A stretch of 54,140 nt of DNA from Chloroflexota bacterium (GTDB taxonomy: Bacteria; Chloroflexota; Limnocylindria; Limnocylindrales; CSP1-4): contig JANMNF010000071.1 in assembly GCA_031373765.1 (NCBI GenBank), positions 1-54,140 of the forward strand, read 5' to 3'. The notes below the pieces were generated by a model. That model saw nothing but the letters and a program-made list of their open reading frames with translations, ran no database searches and was not told where the DNA came from. Positions within the stretch are counted from its first letter, which is position 1, and the number at the start of each line of letters is the position of its first letter. Positions 25,642 to 34,030 of this stretch are shown here, in pieces. A program made the translations under genes and the position numbers.

Positions 25642-26874
25642 TCACGACAGGTATCTCGAGGCCACGGTTCGGAACGTTTCTGCCCGTTCATGCGCGGTGG
25701 CCTCACCGTCACGCATCCGTAGCCCAAACGGAGCCAGATTCGGATCCTGGACGCCGATCGAGAAGCTCATGGATCGCTCGAGGAGCCGGTCTGTGACAGG
25801 GAGCATGCCAGCCCTGTAGGCGGCCGGCCGGTCATCACTGCATGAGCAATCGAACGGACATCCTCGACCGGTGATGGTGCGTCCCGTGAGGACGTGCTCC
25901 ATGTGGTGGTACACGTGCCAGCCGGATGCCGCCAGCGTGATCGAACCCAGTTCGGCGGTTACAGCGGTAGCGGTCGCGGCGTCGGGAAAGACGACAACGA
26001 GATGCGTGGCGAGGTCGCCGTCCGGGTCTGGCAGCGTTCGGAAACTGATCCCCGGGATCCCTTCGATAACGCTCCGCACGATGTCCCGGTTGGCACGCAG
26101 GTGGTCACGTATTCGATCAAGCCTGCGGACCTGGGCGAGCAGGACGGCCCCTTGAAGTTCGGTCATCCGGAAGTTCAAGCCGAGAAATGGCCGATTGCCG
26201 ACCTCGATGCCACGCCGGTTTGGACTGTGTCCCTGATCGTGCATCGCGAACGCGCGCCGGTAGAAGGCCTCGTCGTCGGTGATGAGCATGCCGCCGTCGC
26301 CACAGGTGATCGTCTTGAACTCGTTGAAGCTGAAAACCCCGGCATCCGCGTGGCCTCCGACCCAACGGCCCCGATAGGTGGCCCCGAACGCCTGCGCAGC
26401 ATCCTCGATGAGCGGCAGCGAGTGGCGCGCCGCGACCGCTTTGAGTTCATCGAGTCGAGCCGGATTGCCCAGCATGTGGACGACGACGATTGCCCTGGTG
26501 CGCGATGTGATCCGCGCCTCGACGTCGGCCGGGTCGAGGTCGAATGACTCGTCGATTTCGGCCAGGACCGGCCGGGCGCGCGCATAGATCACCGAGCTGA
26601 TCGTGGCGACGAAGGTAAAGCCGGGGACGATGACCTCGTCGCCCGGTCCGATTCCGAGTCCGACCAGTGCCAAATACAGGCCGCTCGTGCCTGAATTGAG
26701 GGCCAGCGCGTACTTCGTCTGGGAGAGATCCGCGACGAGTTCCTCGAACCGGCGCACCTTGGCTGGAAACGTGTCGTCGTCGGGTCCGTAGCGCGCGAGG
26801 TGCCCGCTGGCGAGGACTTCGGCCACCTCGGCCAACTCCTCTGGCCCGAGGAGATCGAGTCCTGGACCCGGCAT
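25642..26874 (-). CDS. DegT/DnrJ/EryC1/StrS-family PLP aminotransferase (scyllo-inosose-type aminotransferase candidate)
   Basis: GDEVIVPGFTFVATI, and FSFNEFKTITCGDGGML holding the PLP lysine. ATG at 26874 is preceded by GGGAAGGGG. The track ORF starts at TTG 26883. Confidence 0.8.
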   Translation of the reverse strand: MPGPGLDLLGPEELAEVAEVLASGHLARYGPDDDTFPAKVRRFEELVADLSQTKYALALNSGTSGLYLALVGLGIGPGDEVIVPGFTFVATISSVIYARARPVLAEIDESFDLDPADVEARITSRTRAIVVVHMLGNPARLDELKAVAARHSLPLIEDAAQAFGATYRGRWVGGHADAGVFSFNEFKTITCGDGGMLITDDEAFYRRAFAMHDQGHSPNRRGIEVGNRPFLGLNFRMTELQGAVLLAQVRRLDRIRDHLRANRDIVRSVIEGIPGISFRTLPDPDGDLATHLVVVFPDAATATAVTAELGSITLAASGWHVYHHMEHVLTGRTITGRGCPFDCSCSDDRPAAYRAGMLPVTDRLLERSMSFSIGVQDPNLAPFGLRMRDGEATAHERAETFRTVASRYLS

Positions 26875-26895
26875 TTCGTGCAAGCCCCTTCCCAG

Positions 26896-26944
26896 TGCGC
26901 AACCGATTGCAGGGACGGTAGCATCCGGACCAGACGGGCGTCAA
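26896..26944 (-). promoter_or_regulatory. Internal promoter with LacI-type operator (site A) upstream of the aminotransferase gene
   Basis: Minus strand: TTGACG (26944-26939), 18 nt, TACCGT (26920-26915), 2 nt, then operator CTGCAATCGGTTGCGCA (26912-26896). The ATG follows at 26874. Confidence 0.6.
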
Positions 26945-27012
26945 GAAGCGCTTCGCGATGTGTCCCAGCGCGGGGCCGTCGCAGGTGGGTCCTGCAGCGC
27001 GAGGGTGCCCCG

Positions 27013-27855
27013 TTATTCGGCGGGAGGCTCTCCTCCGACTGGGATCGCGACAGGCTTGCCAGCCCAGTCTTCGGCCACCCAGATGTAGGCCGGATCAAAT
27101 TTCTGGGTCACTGGTCGCACGTCCCCGCCGAGGAAGTTGAGGTAATAGGCGTTGGTCCCGGGAGCAGTCGCGACCGTGTGATAGCCCTCGTGGACGAGGA
27201 TCAGATCCCCATCCCGTGCGCAGAAGGAGAGATCGAGGTCACCCTCGGGCGAGTAGATCCGCTGGTAAGCGAAGCCGTCACGAGGCTGGAGACGAAAGTA
27301 GTAGGTCTCCTCGTGATACGAGGTCCCATCCTTGCCGTCATGACGGTGAGGCGGAAAGCTCGACCAGTTGCCGCTCGGGGTGATGATCTCGTACGCGATC
27401 AGTCGCTCCGCCGGAAGGCTCAGATCCAGGGTGCCGGTCACGCCTCGGCTGACGTTCGCACCTCCACGGACAGCAGTCGCGAGCTCCGCCGGAGTGATCA
27501 GCCGCGCCGGGTAGCGCCCTTCCGCAGGCACCCCGCCGGTCGCGAATTCGAACGGTGTGATCGCCGTGATCGCATATGCCGTCCGCGGCGGTAGGTAGGC
27601 CACATGCGGCAGGTCGGTGAAGACGTCGCGTCGCGAGACCGTGTGGTCCTGGCCGGCAAACTCGAAGCGCGCAGTCCCCGCGAGCGGGACCAAGGCAACC
27701 TCATTCGGCCCGCTTTCGGCCCGCAGTCGTTCGCCCGCCGCGAGGGCCACGACGCTGGACGAGACGTATTTCCAGTCGACGGTCTCAGGCGTGATCTCGA
27801 GCAGCGTGCCTGGGCCGGCGGCCGAGACCAGATGCCGGAGCGGTTTCGTGGTCAT
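27013..27855 (-). CDS. iolB: 5-deoxy-glucuronate isomerase IolB
   Basis: GNWSSFPPHRHD...EETYYFRLQP..GFAYQRIY...VHEGYHTV.APG..AYYLNFL is the cupin signature of IolB. Confidence 0.85.
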   Translation of the reverse strand: MTTKPLRHLVSAAGPGTLLEITPETVDWKYVSSSVVALAAGERLRAESGPNEVALVPLAGTARFEFAGQDHTVSRRDVFTDLPHVAYLPPRTAYAITAITPFEFATGGVPAEGRYPARLITPAELATAVRGGANVSRGVTGTLDLSLPAERLIAYEIITPSGNWSSFPPHRHDGKDGTSYHEETYYFRLQPRDGFAYQRIYSPEGDLDLSFCARDGDLILVHEGYHTVATAPGTNAYYLNFLGGDVRPVTQKFDPAYIWVAEDWAGKPVAIPVGGEPPAE

Positions 27856-28799
27856 GCCGACCTCCTCGTCGTCGTGTCCTGGAGCTCGAGTCTGGCTCTG
27901 TCCGCGATTCGGGCCGCCGTGAGCCCGTGCTTCTCGAGCAGGAATTCATTGGGAGCCGATTCGCCCCAGCAATCCTCAAGTCCGATCCGGACGAGGCGCC
28001 TGGGCAGATGGGCTGTCAGGATTTCGGCGATCAGACCACCAAGGCCGCCGATGACCGAGTGTTCCTCCACGCTCACCACGAGGCTCGAAGGGTCGATGGC
28101 CGCGACGATCGTCTCGACATCGACGGGCTTGATCGAGGGGACATGGAGGACGCCGGCAGACACGCCGGAGGACTCCAGGATGACGGCAGCCTCCAGGCAA
28201 CGCGACGTCTGTGGGCCGGTCGATATCAGCAATACGTCCGTCCCTTCCCGGAGTTGATAAACACGGCCCGGTTCAAACCGATACGTGCTGTCGAACAACT
28301 CGGGCGCCGGGTCCCGCGTCAATCGAAGGTAGACGGGACCATCGAAGTCGGTTGCCCAGCGGGTCATCGCCGCGCACTCGACCTCATCGGCCGGTGCGAG
28401 GACCGTGAGCCCGGGCATCGCCCGCATGATCGCCAGGTCCTGAATGTCCTGATGCGTCTTCCCGGTGAGCCCGGTCAACAACCCTCCATAGCCGGCACCG
28501 ACCTTGACGTTGGCATGCGGCTGCGCCACGAGCAGACGGATCTGGTCGAGCGCGCGATGGGTCAGGAAGACCGCGAACGACGACAGCCAGGGGACATAGC
28601 CCATCGACGCCAGCCCGGCCGCTACTCCGACCATGTTCTGCTCGGCTATCCCCATCTGGAGGAAGCGCTCGGGATGCCGTCGGGCGAAGATGTCCGCCTT
28701 GGTCGACGTGGCAAGGTCTCCGTCGAGCACGAGGATGTCCGAATTCGTATCGCCGAGCTCAGTGAGCGTCTCGCCCCAGACCTCGCGCTGCGATCTCAC
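27852..28799 (-). CDS. Transketolase, C-terminal (pyrimidine-binding) subunit
   Basis: GTG 28799 overlaps the upstream stop (GTGA). FLQMGIAEQNMVGVAAGLA...GKTHQDIQDLAIMRAMPG. 315 aa. Confidence 0.85.
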   Translation of the reverse strand: MRSQREVWGETLTELGDTNSDILVLDGDLATSTKADIFARRHPERFLQMGIAEQNMVGVAAGLASMGYVPWLSSFAVFLTHRALDQIRLLVAQPHANVKVGAGYGGLLTGLTGKTHQDIQDLAIMRAMPGLTVLAPADEVECAAMTRWATDFDGPVYLRLTRDPAPELFDSTYRFEPGRVYQLREGTDVLLISTGPQTSRCLEAAVILESSGVSAGVLHVPSIKPVDVETIVAAIDPSSLVVSVEEHSVIGGLGGLIAEILTAHLPRRLVRIGLEDCWGESAPNEFLLEKHGLTAARIADRARLELQDTTTRRSA

Positions 28800-29689
28800 T
28801 CGGGGCCGCCTGGGGCATCGATGTCCAGCTCGAGGCGGGCAGCCTCCAACTCGTCGGAGGTCGGGACGCGAGCGTGCCAACCATGCTGACCCTCGGTGAA
28901 GGACAGGCCTCGCCCCTTGATCGTCCGTGCCAAAATCGCCGTCGGCCGACTGTCCGGGGTCGCCTCGGCCGCCGCTGCGCACGCGCCGATGATGGCGCCG
29001 AAATCGTGGCCGTCGATTTCGATCACCCGCCAGCCGGATCCCTCGAACATGGCGCGCAGCATGCCTCCAGGGAATGGCTCACTGCGGTCACCGCGAGCAC
29101 CGGGCTCGTCCTGGAGCGACCAGCCGAATTGTTGGAGGCCGTTGTCATCGACGATCACAATCAGGTGGCCCAGTCGATAGCGAGCAGCCACAAGCGCTGA
29201 CTCCCAGACCATTCCCTCCTGACACTCGCCGTCACCAAGCATCACGTAGGTGTGGAAGTCACGACCTCGGAGCCGTGCCCCGAGTGCGATCCCGACCCCC
29301 ACCGCAAGGCCCTGCCCGAGCGATCCGGTGGACGCGTCGAGTCCCGGCAGGCGGGTCATGTCCGGATGGCCCTGCAGCCGCGAGTCACCTTTGTCGAACG
29401 TGGCTAGCTCCTCAATCGGGAAATAGCCGCGTTGAGCCATCACCGCGTACAGACCCACGGCCGAGTGGCCTTTCGACAGGATGAACCGGTCGCGGTCGGC
29501 CCAATCGGGATCCTCGGCGCGGATTTCCAGCACCCGGAAGTACAGAGCGACCAGCAACTCCATCGCCGACATCGGCCCGCCGACATGGCCGGCCCCACTT
29601 CCGGTCACCGTACGCATCACGAGCCAGCGACCCAGTCGCGCCCGAGCCTCGAGGTCGGCGTGCGGAGAGGGCTCGCTCGCCTTCGTCAC
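28796..29689 (-). CDS. Transketolase, N-terminal (ThDP-binding) subunit
   Basis: GTG 29689 overlaps the iolD stop (GTGA). GHVGGPMSAMEL...SKGHSAVGLYA...GSLGQGL...LGDGECQEGMVWE. 297 aa. Confidence 0.85.
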   Translation of the reverse strand: MTKASEPSPHADLEARARLGRWLVMRTVTGSGAGHVGGPMSAMELLVALYFRVLEIRAEDPDWADRDRFILSKGHSAVGLYAVMAQRGYFPIEELATFDKGDSRLQGHPDMTRLPGLDASTGSLGQGLAVGVGIALGARLRGRDFHTYVMLGDGECQEGMVWESALVAARYRLGHLIVIVDDNGLQQFGWSLQDEPGARGDRSEPFPGGMLRAMFEGSGWRVIEIDGHDFGAIIGACAAAAEATPDSRPTAILARTIKGRGLSFTEGQHGWHARVPTSDELEAARLELDIDAPGGPE

Positions 29690-31566
29690 CCGAGTCGCTG
29701 CCGGGAACGTGCCTGGTCGTACCCGTCGCGCGCCGCCCGGATCCCCGGCTGGGCGCTCACCTCGGCTGCGGGAACGTCCCACCATCCCTCGAAGCCGGGA
29801 ACGCGCTGCTCCGGATCGACAGGCACGACGATGACCGTGACTCGATCGGCCCGTTCGGCCTCGGCGAGCGCGGCATGCAATTCGGCAGCCGTGCGGGCGA
29901 AGATGGCCAGGGCGCCCATCGCCTCCGCGTGCTGCCGAAAGTCCACTGGCACGTACGGCCCTGTGAGGCGGTTGCGGGCCTTGTCGCGGAAGCGAAGGTC
30001 GTTCCCGAAGTCGGGCACGCCGACCGAGCGCGCGAGGCCCGTGATGCACCCGAATCCGTGGTTGTCGAGGAGGACGATGGTGAATTTCAGGCCCTCCGCG
30101 ACCGCTGTCACGATTTCCGAGTTCATCATCAGGTACGACCCGTCACCGACGATCACGGCCACCCGTCGCTCGGGTTCCGCAAACGCCACGCCGAGCCCTG
30201 CGGCGACCTCGTAACCCATGCATGAGTAGCCGTACTCCACGTGGTACGACTTCGGGTCCTCAGCGCGCCACAGTTTGAGTAGGTCACCGGGGAGGCTCCC
30301 GGCGGCGCAGATCACCGTGGCCTTGCCTCCGAGGGCGTCGTTGACGATGCCGATCACCTCGGCCTGACCGAGATCCGCGTCCTTCGGGCCTTCCGCCCGG
30401 AGGGCCGTCACGATGCCGTCCCACTCCACCTTGAGCTGCCCGATCCGCGCGCGGAATGCCTCGTTTGTGCCTCGATAGCCCGCGGCATCGAGTGCGGTCG
30501 AGAGTGCGGCGAGGGCCTCGCGCGCATCGGCGACAAGCGGGATCGCCCGCAGCTTGTGGGCGTCCATGGGCGTGACGTTGACCCCGACGAACTTGACGTC
30601 GGCGTGCTGGAACGTGGTTCTCGACGACGTGACAAAGTCGCCCATTCGGGTACCAACACACAGGACCAGATCTGCTTCGCGGGCAAGGTGATTCGCGGCC
30701 AGGCCCCCATTCGCGCCGATCGGACCCACCATCATCGGATGGTTCCAGGGCAGGGCGCCCTTCCCCGCCTGCGTCTCGGCAACCGGGATGTTGAACCGCG
30801 ACGCAAGGGCGTCGAGTTCATGGGTCGCCTCCGAGTAGATGGTGCCGCCACCGGTGATGATCACCGGCGTCTTCGCTCGCATCAGAAGCTGAACCACCTC
30901 GGCGACGACCGAAGGTTCCGGAACCGGCCTGCGAACCCTCCAGATCCGACGCTCGAAGAACGATTCGGGCCAGTCGAACGCCTCGCTCTGGACGTCCTCC
31001 GGCAGCGACACGGTCACGGCGCCGGTCTCTGCCGGGTCGGTCAGCACGCGGAATGCCTCGGGTAGGCTGGCGATCAGTTGGTCGGGACGTGAAATCCGGT
31101 CGAAGAACCGGGACACTGGCCGGAATGCGTCACTCGCGCTGACATCGTGCTCGCTTGGATGCTCGACCTGTTGCAGGACGGGATCCGAGGACCGGTTGGC
31201 GAAGTAGTCGCTCGGAAGGAGCAGGACGGGGACGCGGTTGACGGTCGCTGCAGCGGCGCCCGTGATCATGTTTGTGGCGCCGGGACCAATCGACGACGTG
31301 CAGGCGAAGGTCTGGAGACGGTTCCGATGGCGCGCGTACGCCGCAGCAATGTGGACCTGCCCCTGCTCGTTCTGGGGTCGGTAGTACGGCATCTCCTCCG
31401 CGTCGCCGAGCTCCTCGAGGGCCTGCCCGAGGCCGGCGACATTGCCGTGTCCGAAAATCCCCCAGACGCCGGCAATGAAGCGCTGTTGCCGGTCGTCACG
31501 CTCCACGTACTGCTTGGCCAGGAACCGGACGACGGCCTGGCCGGTGGTCAGTCGAACAGTCGTCAT
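29686..31566 (-). CDS. iolD: IolD paralog 2: ThDP-dependent trihydroxycyclohexane-1,2-dione acylhydrolase
   Basis: VRLTTGQAVVRFL...IFGHGNVAGLGQALEE...GPGATNMITGAA...VGDGSYLM. 626 aa. Confidence 0.85.
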   Translation of the reverse strand: MTTVRLTTGQAVVRFLAKQYVERDDRQQRFIAGVWGIFGHGNVAGLGQALEELGDAEEMPYYRPQNEQGQVHIAAAYARHRNRLQTFACTSSIGPGATNMITGAAAATVNRVPVLLLPSDYFANRSSDPVLQQVEHPSEHDVSASDAFRPVSRFFDRISRPDQLIASLPEAFRVLTDPAETGAVTVSLPEDVQSEAFDWPESFFERRIWRVRRPVPEPSVVAEVVQLLMRAKTPVIITGGGTIYSEATHELDALASRFNIPVAETQAGKGALPWNHPMMVGPIGANGGLAANHLAREADLVLCVGTRMGDFVTSSRTTFQHADVKFVGVNVTPMDAHKLRAIPLVADAREALAALSTALDAAGYRGTNEAFRARIGQLKVEWDGIVTALRAEGPKDADLGQAEVIGIVNDALGGKATVICAAGSLPGDLLKLWRAEDPKSYHVEYGYSCMGYEVAAGLGVAFAEPERRVAVIVGDGSYLMMNSEIVTAVAEGLKFTIVLLDNHGFGCITGLARSVGVPDFGNDLRFRDKARNRLTGPYVPVDFRQHAEAMGALAIFARTAAELHAALAEAERADRVTVIVVPVDPEQRVPGFEGWWDVPAAEVSAQPGIRAARDGYDQARSRQRLG

Positions 31567-32663
31567 CGAGTTCCTCCCCGCAACGTGTCTGGATTCGGAA
31601 GCATCACATCGTCCACCGTTCTGACCAGATCCCAGTACGAGGCGATGAACCCGCGAAGCGTACGGACCGTCGCGCCATACGAATCGAACTCATTCGGGGC
31701 GAGCCCGTCCTCGTCATAGGCGCGCCGGAAGTCGGGAAGCCGGTCAAGAAGTTCATCGACGAGTCGAAGGTCGACAGGTTCGTCAAAGCGCGGCCGGACC
31801 TCGACACGCGACCCATTGAAGCGACGCTGCCAAACCGGCGGAATCGTCAGGATGATGTCGCCTCCGATCACCTCGGACCAGTGAAGATGGTGGCGATACG
31901 CCGCGGCCAGGAGGCGGGTCCGATACCCGCGCGCTCGATAGATCGGCGCCGCCTTCTTGAGAACAGCGATGCCAGCACGGTCGAGGGCGCCGGGGTCGAC
32001 GATGATGTTGTCCCGCTCGGCAACGACCTTCATCCAGTCGTCGAGCCTGCCAACCATCAGCGTGCAAACAGGGCTCATCGTGCTGACGTCGTGGCCGGCT
32101 GCGACACGTCGACGGAGCCCCGCTTCAACGGCTTCGCCGACGGCGAGGGCTTGACTGAGGGTGAAGCTGACGGTCGCGTTGATCGAGACGCCCGCGGCCG
32201 TGGCTTCCTCGATCGCCGTGATCCCCGCTAGCGTCGCCGGGAACTTGACCTGCATGTTCGGAGCCAATTTCTGGAACCGAAGGCCCTGCTCCAGCATGCG
32301 CTCAGCAGACCCGTGGAAGGTCGGATTGGTCTGAATCGATAGGCGGCCTTTGAGGCCGCGCTCACGATCGAAAATCGGCTCCAGCAGTGCCGCGGCACCC
32401 GCTGCCATCGTTTCGATCAACCACCAGGCGATCTCGACGTCGGTCGCGGACCGTTTGGCCGCCTGGAGGGCCAGGATCCTCGGATGCCAGACGTCCCACT
32501 CGCTACGTAGGACTTCGCCCACGATGGTCGGATTGGACGTCGCGCCGACGCCACCATGGTCGATCGCGTACTTCAGATCCGCCAGAGAACACGAGTCGTT
32601 CCAGAAGTCGGTCGGTGTCGTGCGCACCATTCGGGCAAGCGGGCTTTCCGTGCTCACATCCAT
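31563..32663 (-). CDS. Transaldolase-family protein
   Basis: ATG 32663 is preceded by GGAGGGG. GATSNPTI, RLSIQTNP, and VKFPAT with the Schiff-base lysine. 366 aa, the long actinobacterial type. Confidence 0.8.
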   Translation of the reverse strand: MDVSTESPLARMVRTTPTDFWNDSCSLADLKYAIDHGGVGATSNPTIVGEVLRSEWDVWHPRILALQAAKRSATDVEIAWWLIETMAAGAAALLEPIFDRERGLKGRLSIQTNPTFHGSAERMLEQGLRFQKLAPNMQVKFPATLAGITAIEEATAAGVSINATVSFTLSQALAVGEAVEAGLRRRVAAGHDVSTMSPVCTLMVGRLDDWMKVVAERDNIIVDPGALDRAGIAVLKKAAPIYRARGYRTRLLAAAYRHHLHWSEVIGGDIILTIPPVWQRRFNGSRVEVRPRFDEPVDLRLVDELLDRLPDFRRAYDEDGLAPNEFDSYGATVRTLRGFIASYWDLVRTVDDVMLPNPDTLRGGTR

Positions 32664-32706
32664 GCAGCCCCTCCGAACCAGGTGCCCCGGCCGTCGCTGA
32701 GTCGAC

Positions 32707-32755
32707 TTGCGCAACCGATTGCAGAACGGTAGCATCGGCCAAAGGCGCACGTCAA
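32707..32755. promoter_or_regulatory. Bidirectional promoter with LacI-type operator (site B)
   Basis: Plus strand: TTGCGC (32707-32712), 17 nt, TAGCAT (32730-32735). Minus strand: TTGACG (32755-32750), 18 nt, TACCGT (32731-32726). The operator TGCGCAACCGATTGCAG lies at 32708-32724. The two -10 boxes overlap by 2 bp (ACGGTAGCAT). Confidence 0.65.
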
Positions 32756-32798
32756 CAGATCCTCTCGGCGCCGACTTGCCCAGAGTCATGGAGGTCAG

Positions 32799-34004
32799 AT
32801 GGAGACCCGCGGTCGCCTCCCGGATCTCCGGATCGCGATGATTGGCGCCGGGACGATGGCTCGAGCTCACAGCGCGGCCCTGTCCAATATCGGATCGCTC
32901 TATCCGGCGCTCAGGGCCAGGGTGCGGCTCGTGGTTGTCGCGGACGTCAACGCATCACTGGCCGCCGACCTGGGTGCCCGCTACGGCTATGAGCGGGTGG
33001 AGCCGAACTGGCAAGTCGCCGTGTCGGCGGCCGACGTGGATCTGGTCGTCGCCTGCTTGCCGCCGATCCTGAACCGTCCGGTCATCTTGGCGGCGGCCGC
33101 CGCCGGCAAGCACATCGTGTCCGAGAAGCCGCTGGCCGAGACGGCCGAGATTGCGGCGGAACTCCTTGCCGCCTGCCAGGCCGCGGGCGTGTTCCACGGC
33201 CTCGGACTTGGTTATCGCTGGTCGCCGGCGGTCCGCGCGATCCGAGAATTGATCGCCCGTGGCGATCTCGGCGAGATCCGCAGCATGCGCGGGTCGTTCA
33301 TGCTCGACTACGGTTCGGACCCTGACGTGCCTCTCGTCTGGCGATTCCGGCGGGAACTGTCCGGCGGCGGCCTGGCCATCGACACGGGCTACCACCTCGT
33401 TGACTGCGGCCGGTTCCTGGTCGGGGAGATCGAGTCGGTCCAGGCTCTGACGTCAACGTTCATCGCCGAGCGACCGCTGCCCGGATCCGATGCGATCGGA
33501 AACACCGGGGGCCCCGGCAAGGACTCAGCCGAGCGGACGATGGGGACCGTTGACGTCGAGGATGCCGCAGCCGCGATCGTCAGCTACGCAGGTGGGGCCT
33601 ACGGCGTGCTCGAAACCAGCCGCGTCGCCATCGGCAAGCGCGTCTCGCTCCAATTGGAGGTCTTCGGGTCACTTGGATCCGCTGATTGGGATCTCGAGCG
33701 GCCCGATGAATTCCGGGTCTGTTTGCCTGGGGACCCGGGGACCTTTGGTTATCGGCGAGTCCTGGTCAACCCGGGTCATCCTGGGGCGGCCGCGCTGCTG
33801 ATTGGCGGCGCGGACGGCACGTCGATCGGGTGGCTCGGACAGGAGTGCGCCATGTGGGCTGAGTATGTCGCCGCGATCTGTGAGGGCCGCCGTGGGCGTG
33901 CCGACTTCGACGACGGTGTCCGAGTCAACGCGGTGATCGATGCGCTCTATGCGTCGGCAGCGAGTGGCGTTCGTACGCCGGTGGTTCTGCCGTCCGGGTT
34001 CTGA
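32799..34004 (+). CDS. Gfo/Idh/MocA-family oxidoreductase
   Basis: IAMIGAGTMARAH Rossmann motif and HIVSEKPLA. 401 aa. Confidence 0.8.
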   Translation: METRGRLPDLRIAMIGAGTMARAHSAALSNIGSLYPALRARVRLVVVADVNASLAADLGARYGYERVEPNWQVAVSAADVDLVVACLPPILNRPVILAAAAAGKHIVSEKPLAETAEIAAELLAACQAAGVFHGLGLGYRWSPAVRAIRELIARGDLGEIRSMRGSFMLDYGSDPDVPLVWRFRRELSGGGLAIDTGYHLVDCGRFLVGEIESVQALTSTFIAERPLPGSDAIGNTGGPGKDSAERTMGTVDVEDAAAAIVSYAGGAYGVLETSRVAIGKRVSLQLEVFGSLGSADWDLERPDEFRVCLPGDPGTFGYRRVLVNPGHPGAAALLIGGADGTSIGWLGQECAMWAEYVAAICEGRRGRADFDDGVRVNAVIDALYASAASGVRTPVVLPSGF

Positions 34005-34030
34005 TCCACTTTGTGCGGCCGGGCCGGACG

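Noticed and set aside
26800-27594. Plus-strand ORF (264 aa) lying downstream of the outward-facing TAGCAT box of operator site A.
   Set aside because: It is fully antisense to iolB and the aminotransferase start and has junk-like composition. The cassette is better explained as a minus-strand promoter (TTGACG, 18 nt, TACCGT) for the aminotransferase.
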